From the NCBI GenBank assembly GCA_964372095.1, contig CAYJPV010000011.1:14252-78251 (forward strand): DNA of 64,000 bases, written 5' to 3'. Shown piece by piece: positions 17,478 through 27,071 of this stretch. Origin of the DNA: an uncultured Vicinamibacterales bacterium. Lineage in GTDB: Bacteria > Acidobacteriota > Vicinamibacteria > Vicinamibacterales > JAKQTR01. How positions within the stretch are numbered: the stretch's first letter is position 1; the number at the start of each line of letters is the position of its first letter. Below the pieces are notes generated by a model. It ran no database searches. It was not told the origin of the DNA and saw only the letters and a program-made list of their open reading frames with translations. The translations under genes were made by a program, and so were the position numbers.

Positions 17478-19625
17478 ATGCGCAGACTCGTTCGTCTCGT
17501 CATGTGCGGCGTCATGCTCGCCGGGTCCGCCCAGGCTCAGCAGGTCGACTGGTCGGCCAAACCGGCTCAGTCCGAACGCAGCCGCAATTACGACGCCCGG
17601 CACTACCGCGTCGCCATCCGGCTCGACCTCGAGCGGGCGTCCTTCGATGGGAATGCCACGGTGTCGATCACCGCGCTGGCAGACGGGCTCGAGACCTGCG
17701 TGCTGGACGCCGAAGAGTTCACCGTCACCAGCGTCGTGAGCGACCGGGGCGAGCCCTTGCGGTTCGAGCAGTCGGCCACGGAGTTGACCGTGCATTTTGC
17801 GCGCCCGCTGACGCGCGGCGAAACACGGTCGTTCACGTGCACCTACGCGGGCCGCGGGCCCAAAGCCGGCCTCCGCTTCGTTGCCGAGTCCCCGGACAAC
17901 CCGGCCCTCGTCTACTCGGACTCGTGGCCCAACAACGTGCACCACTGGTTCCCGTGTTTCGACTACCCGAACGACAAGGCCACCAACGAGATCATCGCGA
18001 CGGTGAAAACCGGACTCAAGGTCGCGGCCAACGGCCGGCTGGTCGCCGTGGCCGAAGACGCTGCCGCCGGCACAGTCACCTACCACTGGTCTCAGGACCT
18101 TCCCCATTCCACGTACCTCATGTTCCTGGCCGCCGCGCCCTACGCCGTGGTCGAAGGACGGAGCGGCAACCTCCCCATCAGCTACTGGGTCTACCCGAAG
18201 GACGTGGACAAGGTGCAGTCCACCTACGGCCAGACGCCCAGGATGATCGAGTTCTTCAACCGGACGTACGGCTATGACTATCCGTGGCAGAAGTACGACC
18301 AGGTGTCGGTGCCGTCGGGCGGCGGGGCCGAGAGCACGTCAGCCACGGCCATGACCCACAGCATCATGGTGGACGAGGCGCGCGCCGCCGACTTCCCGGC
18401 CATCGGCATCGTGTCGCACGAGATCGCCCACCAGTGGTGGGGCAACCTCATCACGCTGCGCAGCTGGGCCCACACGTGGATGAACGAGAGCTTCGCCACG
18501 TACTCGGACTACCTCTACTTCCGCCACGAGCGGGGCGACGATGAGGGGGCGGTGAACCTGGAGGGCAAACTCGCCGCCTATCTGCGCGAGGCCAGGACGC
18601 GCTATATCCGGCCCATCGTGACGGACCGGTACGAACGGCCGGGCGACATGTTCGACTCGCACACGTATCCCAAGGGCGCGCGCGTGCTGCACATGCTGCG
18701 GAACATCCTCGGGGACGAGCCATTCTTCGCCGTCCTGCGGCACTTCCTGCACCGGTACGCGTTCGACGCGGTCGATACGCACGACTTCATCCGGTCGGTG
18801 AAGACCGTCACCGGCCGGAACCTCGACTGGTTCTTCGACCAGTGGCTCTTCAAGCCGGGGCACCCGATCTTCGACGTGCGCAGCGCCTGGGATCCGGCCC
18901 GCAAAGTCGTCACGGTCACGGTGCGCCAGGTCCAGGACACGACCCGCGGTGTCCCCCTGTTCCGCGCGCCCGTGTCCATTGCCGTCGTCACAGCCGAGGG
19001 CCGCACGAATACCACGGTGTGGGTGCAGAAGCAGGAGGACGTGTTCGAGTTGCCCGCGGCCTCGCGGCCTCTGCTGGTCGACTTCGACGATGACAATACC
19101 CTCGTCAAGGAGATGACGGTCGCCAGGCCCGCCGACGAATGGCGTTACCAGCTGCGTCACGACGAAGTCATCGGCCGGATGGCGGCGGCCGCCGGCCTGG
19201 CGGCGCTGGCGAACGACCCGGAGACCTTCGATGCGCTGGCGGCCAGCGCCCGCACCGACCCGTTCTGGGCCGTGCGGCGAAGCGCGGTGGAAGCCCTGGG
19301 CAGACTGTCAGACACCCGCGTACGCGCTGTTCTCACGCAGGCCAGCGGTGATGCGAACTCGGCCGTGCGGGCAGCGGCCGTGGCGGCGCTGGGCGGCCTG
19401 AAAGACCCGGGCCTGCTGGGCTTCTTCAAGGAACGGTTCGAGACGGACCCGAGTGATCTGGTCAGGACCGAAGCCGTGCGGGCAATCGGCAACACGGGCG
19501 ACCGGGCCGCCATCACGTTTCTCGAGCGAGCCGTCTCGGTGCCCTCGCACCGGAACATGGTCGGCCGGGCTGCGGCTCAGGCGCTGAAGTCAGTACCCAA
19601 ACACCGTCCGGAACTGGTCTTCTAG
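17478..19625 (+). CDS. Secreted M1-family aminopeptidase with C-terminal HEAT-like repeats
   Basis: ATG 17478 gives the signal peptide MRRLVRLVMCGVMLAGSAQA. Zinc motif HEIAHQWWGNLITLRSWAHTWMNESFATY (HExxH-x18-E). Confidence 0.9.
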   Translation: MRRLVRLVMCGVMLAGSAQAQQVDWSAKPAQSERSRNYDARHYRVAIRLDLERASFDGNATVSITALADGLETCVLDAEEFTVTSVVSDRGEPLRFEQSATELTVHFARPLTRGETRSFTCTYAGRGPKAGLRFVAESPDNPALVYSDSWPNNVHHWFPCFDYPNDKATNEIIATVKTGLKVAANGRLVAVAEDAAAGTVTYHWSQDLPHSTYLMFLAAAPYAVVEGRSGNLPISYWVYPKDVDKVQSTYGQTPRMIEFFNRTYGYDYPWQKYDQVSVPSGGGAESTSATAMTHSIMVDEARAADFPAIGIVSHEIAHQWWGNLITLRSWAHTWMNESFATYSDYLYFRHERGDDEGAVNLEGKLAAYLREARTRYIRPIVTDRYERPGDMFDSHTYPKGARVLHMLRNILGDEPFFAVLRHFLHRYAFDAVDTHDFIRSVKTVTGRNLDWFFDQWLFKPGHPIFDVRSAWDPARKVVTVTVRQVQDTTRGVPLFRAPVSIAVVTAEGRTNTTVWVQKQEDVFELPAASRPLLVDFDDDNTLVKEMTVARPADEWRYQLRHDEVIGRMAAAAGLAALANDPETFDALAASARTDPFWAVRRSAVEALGRLSDTRVRAVLTQASGDANSAVRAAAVAALGGLKDPGLLGFFKERFETDPSDLVRTEAVRAIGNTGDRAAITFLERAVSVPSHRNMVGRAAAQALKSVPKHRPELVF

Positions 19626-20231
19626 CCGATCTTCAGCTTCGGCGATGGAGATGTCGCGGCCGGTCAGTTTGCGGAGGGAGGTCACGCCCCGATCAGTGAT
19701 GCCGCAGGGAACGATGAGCTTGAAGAAGTCGAGGTTGGTGGCGACGTTGTAGGCAAATCCGTGGCTCGTCACCCACCGCTGGATTCGGACGCCGATCGCC
19801 CCGATCTTCTCGGCCTCGACCCACGCGCCGGTCAGCCCCTCGATGCGGCCGGCGTCGAAACCGTAATCGTGCGTGACGCGGATCATCACCTCTTCCAGGT
19901 CCCGCACGTACTTGTGCACGTCGCAGCGGTCCGGTTTCAGGCTGATGATGGGGTACCCGACGACCTGTCCGGGGCCGTGGTACGTCACATCTCCCCCGCG
20001 GCCGGTCTCGTGGAGTTCGACGCCGAGCGACAGGAGCCGCTCCGGCGTCGCCAGGACATGCTGGCGGCTGACACCCGCCTTCACACCCAGCGTGAGCACG
20101 TGCGTGTGCTGCAGCAGGAGCAGCGTGTCATCGATGTCGCCCGCAATCCGCTGCGTCACGAGTTGCCGCTGCAGGTCGAGACCTTCGGCGTAGGAGATGA
20201 CACCGAGGCGGCGGACGGTCAGTGGACGCAT
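19590..20231 (-). CDS. lipB: Octanoyltransferase LipB
   Basis: 213 aa. MRPLTVRRLGVISYAEGLDLQRQL ... RGGDVTYHGPGQVVGYPI ... KIGAIGVRI ... PCG. Confidence 0.9.
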   Translation of the reverse strand: MRPLTVRRLGVISYAEGLDLQRQLVTQRIAGDIDDTLLLLQHTHVLTLGVKAGVSRQHVLATPERLLSLGVELHETGRGGDVTYHGPGQVVGYPIISLKPDRCDVHKYVRDLEEVMIRVTHDYGFDAGRIEGLTGAWVEAEKIGAIGVRIQRWVTSHGFAYNVATNLDFFKLIVPCGITDRGVTSLRKLTGRDISIAEAEDRLEDQFRTVFGY

Positions 20232-20232
20232 G

Positions 20233-20350
20233 CTCGGGGCTCGGGGCTCGGGGCTCGGGGCTCGGGGCTCGGGGCCTGGGGATTGGGGTTTGGGGTTTGG
20301 GACTCGACAGTGCCTTTCCCTAGCCCCTAGCCCCTGGTCCCTAGCCCCTG
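20233..20350. repeat. Composite heptamer arrays filling the whole E2-lipB spacer: (GGGGCTC)n, (GGGGTTT/GGGGATT), core, (CCCTAGC)n
   Basis: The G-rich arm is 20233-20303. A core containing tgcctttcccta follows. The C-rich inverted partner is 20317-20350. Confidence 0.9.
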
Positions 20351-20353
20351 AGA

Positions 20354-21643
20354 TCAGACCGACCCCTCGTCCCAGTTCTCGAGCTGTTTCTTGACGTGCG
20401 ACATAAATTCGTCGGCCACGGCGCCGTCGATCAGCCGGTGGTCGTAGCCCAGCGTCAGGTACCCCTTCATCCTGATGGCAATCGCATCGTCGATGACGGC
20501 CACGCGCTTTTCGATGTGGCCGACGCCCATGATGGCCACCTGCGGCTGGCTGATGATGGGCATGCCGAAGAGCGCACCGAATACGCCGGGGTTCGTGATC
20601 GTGAACGTGCCGCCTTGCACCTCGTCGGGTTTCAGCTGCTTCGCCCGCGCGCGCGCGGCGAGGTCCACCACGGCCCGGCTCAGGCCGAGCAGGTTCTTCT
20701 CGTCAGCCCGCTTGATCACCGGCACGATCAACCCCCAGTCGAGGGCGACGGCCACGCCGATGTTGACGTCCTTCTTGTAGACGACGTGGTCGCCGTCGAT
20801 CGAGGTGTTGACGATGGGCACGGCCTTCAGCCCATCGACGACCGCCTTGATGATGAAGGACATGAAGGTGAGCTTGGCTCCGGCGCGCTCGTAGTCGGCC
20901 TTCTTCGCCTGGCGGATCTTGTTGACCCGGGTATAGTCGACTTCGAACACCGAATGGACGTGCGCGGAGGTCCGCTTGCTGAACACCATGTGTTCGGCGA
21001 TCTTCTTCCGCATCACCGACATCGGCACGATTTCGACGTTCTCGCCCGGCTTGAAGGCCGGGGCGTGCGCTGCGGGGGCCGGAGGCGGAGCGGGAGCGGC
21101 TGCGGCCGGAGCCGGAGCGGCTGCGGGCGCCCCGCCGATAAATCCGAGGATATCGTTCTTGGTCACACGCCCGCCCAGGCCGGTCCCGGGGATCTGCGCG
21201 ATCTCCACGTTGTGTTCCCGGGCGATCTTCCTGACGAGTGGCGACGATTTCTGCCGGCGCAGATCATCTGCGCTGACGGGGGCAGCCGGCCCGGGTTCGG
21301 CCCGCGGCGGCGCGGGCGCGGCAACAGGCTCGACCCTGACGGGAGCCGGCGGGGCGGCGGCCGGAGCCGGGGCAGCAACGGCCGCGGGCGCAGGCGCGCC
21401 GGCGGGAACGGCGTCGCCGATTACGGCCACGACCGAGTTCACAGGGACGGTCTCGCCCTCCTTCGCCTTGATCTCGAGCAGTACGCCCGCGGTCGGCGAG
21501 GGGATTTCGGCGTCCACTTTGTCGGTCGAGATCTCGAACAGCGGTTCGTCGCGATCGACGCGTTCGCCGACCTTCTTGATCCAGCGAACGATCGTGCCTT
21601 CCGCAATCGACTCGCCCATCTGCGGCATTACGACATCGGACAT
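20354..21643 (-). CDS. 2-oxo acid dehydrogenase E2 (dihydrolipoyllysine-residue acyltransferase)
   Basis: Lipoyl domain EISTDKVDAEIPSP, Ala/Pro linkers, E3-binding SPLVRKIAREHNVEIAQIPGTGLGGRVTKNDI, and catalytic DHRLIDGA. Confidence 0.9.
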   Translation of the reverse strand: MSDVVMPQMGESIAEGTIVRWIKKVGERVDRDEPLFEISTDKVDAEIPSPTAGVLLEIKAKEGETVPVNSVVAVIGDAVPAGAPAPAAVAAPAPAAAPPAPVRVEPVAAPAPPRAEPGPAAPVSADDLRRQKSSPLVRKIAREHNVEIAQIPGTGLGGRVTKNDILGFIGGAPAAAPAPAAAAPAPPPAPAAHAPAFKPGENVEIVPMSVMRKKIAEHMVFSKRTSAHVHSVFEVDYTRVNKIRQAKKADYERAGAKLTFMSFIIKAVVDGLKAVPIVNTSIDGDHVVYKKDVNIGVAVALDWGLIVPVIKRADEKNLLGLSRAVVDLAARARAKQLKPDEVQGGTFTITNPGVFGALFGMPIISQPQVAIMGVGHIEKRVAVIDDAIAIRMKGYLTLGYDHRLIDGAVADEFMSHVKKQLENWDEGSV

Positions 21644-21663
21644 ATTCCCCTCGCTCTGATGCT

Positions 21664-21849
21664 TGGCTCGGCTGATCGGCTATCGGCGTTCGGCCATCGG
21701 CCATCGGCGTTCGGCTATCGGACGGCGGAACGGACAGTAGACAGTAGTCAGTAGTCAGTAGTCAGTAGTCAGTAGGGAGTATTCCTACTTCCTACTTCCT
21801 ACTTCCTACTTCCTACTTCCTGATTCCTGCTTCCTGCTTCTTGCTTCCG
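21664..21849. repeat. Three consecutive heptamer arrays filling the lpdA-E2 spacer: (CGGCNAT)n, (GTAGTCA)n, inverted (CTACTTC)n/(CTGCTTC)n
   Basis: The subarrays are at 21664-21722, 21734-21776 and 21784-21849. gtagggagta / tacttcctac form the hairpin apex. Confidence 0.9.
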
Positions 21850-21866
21850 GCACACGTCAGCCCCCG

Positions 21867-23285
21867 CTACACGTGTATCGCCGCCCCGTGGGCCGCGTGG
21901 GCGGCTTCGCCCATGGCTTCCGACATGGTCGGGTGCGCGTGGATCGTGCGAATCAGTTCTTCGACGGTGCACTCGGTCCGGAGGGCCAGCACGGCTTCGG
22001 CCACGAGTTCGGTCGCCCGCGGTCCGATGATGTGGACGCCAAGCACCTCGTCGTACTTCTTCTCGGCCACGATCTTCACGAAGCCCTCGGTTTCGGCGGC
22101 GATGCGGGCACGGCCGAGCACCTGAAACGGGAAGGTCCCCACGCGCACGTCGTACCCGCGCTCGGCGGCCTGTTTCTCGGTCAGGCCCACACTGCCGATC
22201 TCCGGGTCGCTGTAGGTACACTTCGGCACGTGGTCGTAGTTCAGCGGCGTCACGGCCTTGCCGGCCAGGCGTTCCGCCAGCAGGACGCCCTCCGCGGTCG
22301 ACAGGTGCGCCAACTGAAGGTGTCCCGGCTTGCCGAACGAGATCACGTCGCCGACCGCCGAGATGTTCGGCACGCTGGTCCGGAACAGCTCGTCCACCAC
22401 CACGTACCCGCGGTCCATCTTGATGCCGGCCGATTCGGCCCCGAGGCCGGCGGTCACGGGCCCGCGCCCGGTGGCCACCAGGAGGAACGCCGCCGACATC
22501 TTCTGCGCGGAGCCGTCGGGCATCTTCACGTCGATCTCGACGGCGTCAGCGCCGGCCCTCGCCGCGGTCACGGACGCCGACGTGTGGAATTTGATCCCGC
22601 TCTTCTTGAAGGCCTTCTCGAGTTCCACCGAGACGGCTTCATCCTCGAGTGGCACCAGGTGCGGCAGCAGTTCGATGACGGTGACGTCCGACCCAAACCG
22701 CTTGAACACGGTTGCGAACTCCACCCCGATGGGCCCGCTGCCCATGATGATGATGGACTTCGGCACTTCGCGCAGGTGAATAGCCTCGTCGCTCGTGATG
22801 ATCCGTGTGCGGTCCAGTTCGATGCCGGGAACGCTCCGCGCGCTCGATCCCGTGGCGATGACAATCTCCCTGGCCGTCAGGGTCACCGGGGCGTCGCCGC
22901 CGGTCACCTCGACGGTGCCCTTGCCGGCCAGGCGGGCGCTGCCTTTGATCCAGTCGATGTTGTTCTTCTTGAAGAGGAACTCGATGCCCCGGGTGAGGAT
23001 CGTGACGATCTTGTCCTTGCGCCCCTGCACCTGGTTCATGTCGATGCGCGCGGGCTGGTCCCCCAGAATCAGGCCCCATTCTTTGGCGTTCTGGGCGATC
23101 TTCAGGGCGTGCGCGTGCTCGAGCAACGCCTTGGTCGGGATACACCCCCAGTTCAGGCACGTGCCCCCCAGGGTCTTCTGCCGCTCGACCACGGCCACCT
23201 TCAACCCGAGTTGGGCGGCGCGGATCGCGGCGGGGTATCCGCCGGTTCCGGCGCCGATCACGACGACGTCGTACTGGTTCGCCAC
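21867..23285 (-). CDS. lpdA: Dihydrolipoyl dehydrogenase (E3)
   Basis: ORF 21867..23636 trimmed to GTG 23285, which is preceded by AGGAG. YDVVVIGAGTGGYPAAIRAAQLG. Redox-active GGTCLNWGCIPTK. C-terminal HAHPTMSEA. Confidence 0.9.
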   Translation of the reverse strand: MANQYDVVVIGAGTGGYPAAIRAAQLGLKVAVVERQKTLGGTCLNWGCIPTKALLEHAHALKIAQNAKEWGLILGDQPARIDMNQVQGRKDKIVTILTRGIEFLFKKNNIDWIKGSARLAGKGTVEVTGGDAPVTLTAREIVIATGSSARSVPGIELDRTRIITSDEAIHLREVPKSIIIMGSGPIGVEFATVFKRFGSDVTVIELLPHLVPLEDEAVSVELEKAFKKSGIKFHTSASVTAARAGADAVEIDVKMPDGSAQKMSAAFLLVATGRGPVTAGLGAESAGIKMDRGYVVVDELFRTSVPNISAVGDVISFGKPGHLQLAHLSTAEGVLLAERLAGKAVTPLNYDHVPKCTYSDPEIGSVGLTEKQAAERGYDVRVGTFPFQVLGRARIAAETEGFVKIVAEKKYDEVLGVHIIGPRATELVAEAVLALRTECTVEELIRTIHAHPTMSEAMGEAAHAAHGAAIHV

Positions 23286-23299
23286 TGGTCTGCTCCTGA

Positions 23300-23800
23300 T
23301 CAGTTGATCTTCACACGGGCCCCGTGCAGGGCTTTGCGCGCGGGCGCATAGTCGGAATCGTGCTCGAGGGCCCGGCCGTAACATTCGAGGGCCCGGCTCA
23401 GCTGGTCCTTGGCCTCGTAGACGCGGCCGAGGTTGTACCACGGGAACTGATAGCTCTCGTAGCGGGTTGCGGCCGTCGCCTTCTCGAGCCACGGGATCGC
23501 GTCGTCCGGCCGCTCCATCTCGATCAGGTAGGCCCCGATGTCGTTGTAGGGGTTGCCGAATTCGGGATCCACGTCGATGGCCTTGCGGCACTCGGCAATG
23601 GCGTCCTCGAGGCGGCCCTGGAAGGAGTACGTCCACCCCAGGAAGGTGTGGGCCTCGGCCGTCGGATGCTGCTGGATGGACGCCCGGTACAATGTGGCGG
23701 CCTCGTCCAGTTCGCCGGACATCTGGCGGTCGTAGGCCTGCTGGAACAGGGCCAGCGCCTTGTCGATCTTCGATTTTCGGGCGGAGTGTGATTGGTCCAT
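23300..23800 (-). CDS. TPR repeat protein (166 aa)
   Basis: Repeated A..Y...I...P....A...LG motifs. 14 nt upstream of lpdA on the same strand. Confidence 0.75.
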   Translation of the reverse strand: MDQSHSARKSKIDKALALFQQAYDRQMSGELDEAATLYRASIQQHPTAEAHTFLGWTYSFQGRLEDAIAECRKAIDVDPEFGNPYNDIGAYLIEMERPDDAIPWLEKATAATRYESYQFPWYNLGRVYEAKDQLSRALECYGRALEHDSDYAPARKALHGARVKIN

Positions 23801-23907
23801 GGGTGGAGACCCGGCGTCCGTGCGTGAGCGCTCTCGGCGCGGGCGGATTTCCGGGGCAGAACTTTAGGGTACAATCAGCGTCCCTCTCATTTCAAGCGAG
23901 GACCGTC

Positions 23908-25296
<1,389 letters not shown>

Positions 25297-25393
25297 ACCG
25301 GGGCCGGGGATCGGGGACCACCCCGGTGGGCCCCAGCCGCCCGCACACGTGCGGAACCCGCACACGCGGTTTCCGTAAGCGGCCGCGCGCGTA

Positions 25394-25408
25394 TTGCAGT
25401 TTCTGCAA
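25394..25408. promoter_or_regulatory. Perfect inverted repeat TTGCAG-N3-CTGCAA, possible enhancer (UAS) site
   Basis: ttgcagtttctgcaa, about 200 bp upstream of the -24/-12 promoter. Nearby direct repeats CGCACACG at 25341-25369. Confidence 0.3.
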
Positions 25409-25605
25409 CGTCGATCACGATTCCGAGATCGCAGAAAACGCACGCTGTCACGGAACTGGACACATCTGTCGTCCGCGTCCTCCTGCGCAGGCCTGCACGA
25501 CCACCACAATCTCTGGAGTTCTCGCCACGAAGTGCCACAGCCGGCAGTAGCTGCGGCCCGGGTGCTCCTGCACACCGTCTCGCACGCCTGCCTGCGGATG
25601 CACCG

Positions 25606-25621
25606 TGGAACGGCGGTTGCA
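25606..25621 (+). promoter_or_regulatory. Sigma54 (-24/-12) promoter
   Basis: TGGAAC-GGCGG-TTGCA matches TGGCAC-N5-TTGCW with the invariant GG and GC correctly spaced. It lies 28 nt upstream of the radical SAM ATG, with GGAGA in between. An NtrC-type activator gene is adjacent. Confidence 0.6.
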
Positions 25622-25648
25622 GAAAGTGCCAGCGGAGATTTCGTCACG

Positions 25649-27070
25649 ATGGTGCCTTCTGCCTTCAACGTGCGCGCGCCGCTGGCTTCCGGGGACGTGT
25701 TCCTGATGAACACGCTGACCGACGCTCAGCTCGTCGTGTCGCCCGAAGTCGCGACCCTGCTCGACGTCGCGGCGGCCGAGGGTTTCAGCGCGTTGCCCTC
25801 CGCACCGGATGTCAGGGAGGCAGCAGACACTCTCTCGGAACACGGGTTCCTGGTCAGCGATCCGCGGTCGGAGCGTGCGGCACTCGAGACCCACTTTGCC
25901 GCGTTCCGCACGGATGCGTCCGAACTCCGCATCACCATCCTGACCACGATGCAGTGCAACTTCGCGTGCGAGTACTGCTACCAGGGAGACCACGGACCTG
26001 CGGCGAAACCCGCCGAGAAGATGACCCTGGAGACGGCCCGCCAGGTTTCGGCCTGGATCGCGTGCGAGATGGAACGCCTCCGCCCGTCGATGCTGGTGAT
26101 CACGTTCTTCGGCGGCGAGCCGCTCCTCAACCTGCCCGCGCTCTACGACATCGCTGAACGCTGCGCGCACGCCGCCCGCGGGCTGGGTGTCGAGTTCGCC
26201 ATGACGATCATCACGAACGGGCTGCTGCTGACGCCCGAGGTCGTGACGCGCCTCGTGCCCCTCGGCCTGCGCGCAGTCAAGGTCACGCTCGACGGCGACC
26301 GCGAGACCCACGACCGGCTGCGGCCCATGCGCGGCGGCCAGCGCACGTTCGATCGGATCGTCGACAACATGCGGCGCGTCGCGCCCCTGGTGCCGTTGAG
26401 TGTCGGCGGCAACTTCGATGCCGCCACCGTTGACCGGTACCCGGCGCTCCTGGCGTTCCTGCGCGAACAGGAGTTCGCGGACCGCATCATTCAGGTGTCG
26501 TTCAAGCCGATTATCCAGCCCGCCCGCGCGGGTGCCGTGAAGGGCGTGATTCCCCTGACGGCGGTGGCCGGCGGCGGCCCGGTCACGGGGAGCGGGTGCG
26601 GGAGCGGCAGCGGAACGGGCTCCGGCAGCCGGTCCGTGTGCGACTCGTGCCACTTCGTGGACGACCAGATGGCGTTCCTCCAGACCGAGACGCGCCGGCA
26701 CGGGTTCGCGACGCTCGACGGCGTGCACATGGGACCGTGCGAACTCTACCGGCAGCACTCCCACACCATCGGACCGGACGGGACGCTGTTCGCGTGCCCG
26801 GGGTTCACGGGCGACAACGCCCAGGCCGTCGGTCACATCGAACGCGACCCGGACGTCTTCCAGGCCGCCGCAGCCAATCGGGTCGCCAACCTTGCGCCCT
26901 GGCGGCAGTGCGGCGATTGCGCCTTCATCCCCGTGTGCGGCGGAGGCTGCGCCGTGGCCGCTCACTCCGAGGGCGGCGATATGGCGGCCCCGGCGTGCCA
27001 CAAACGAGCCTTCGAATCAGCAGTCATCACCCTGGCGGCGGAGACCGCCATCAACCAGCAAGGAGCCTGA
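25649..27070 (+). CDS. Radical SAM/SPASM-domain peptide-maturase-like enzyme with a ~100-aa N-terminal RRE-like extension
   Basis: ATG 25649 within ORF 25394..27070. CNFACEYC (CxxxCxxC) at residues 103-110. C-terminal SPASM signature CGDCAFIPVCGGGC plus further Cys pairs. The N-terminal text DVFLMNTLTDAQLVVSPEVATLL resembles peptide-maturase leaders. Confidence 0.85.
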   Translation: MVPSAFNVRAPLASGDVFLMNTLTDAQLVVSPEVATLLDVAAAEGFSALPSAPDVREAADTLSEHGFLVSDPRSERAALETHFAAFRTDASELRITILTTMQCNFACEYCYQGDHGPAAKPAEKMTLETARQVSAWIACEMERLRPSMLVITFFGGEPLLNLPALYDIAERCAHAARGLGVEFAMTIITNGLLLTPEVVTRLVPLGLRAVKVTLDGDRETHDRLRPMRGGQRTFDRIVDNMRRVAPLVPLSVGGNFDAATVDRYPALLAFLREQEFADRIIQVSFKPIIQPARAGAVKGVIPLTAVAGGGPVTGSGCGSGSGTGSGSRSVCDSCHFVDDQMAFLQTETRRHGFATLDGVHMGPCELYRQHSHTIGPDGTLFACPGFTGDNAQAVGHIERDPDVFQAAAANRVANLAPWRQCGDCAFIPVCGGGCAVAAHSEGGDMAAPACHKRAFESAVITLAAETAINQQGA

Positions 27071-27071
27071 C

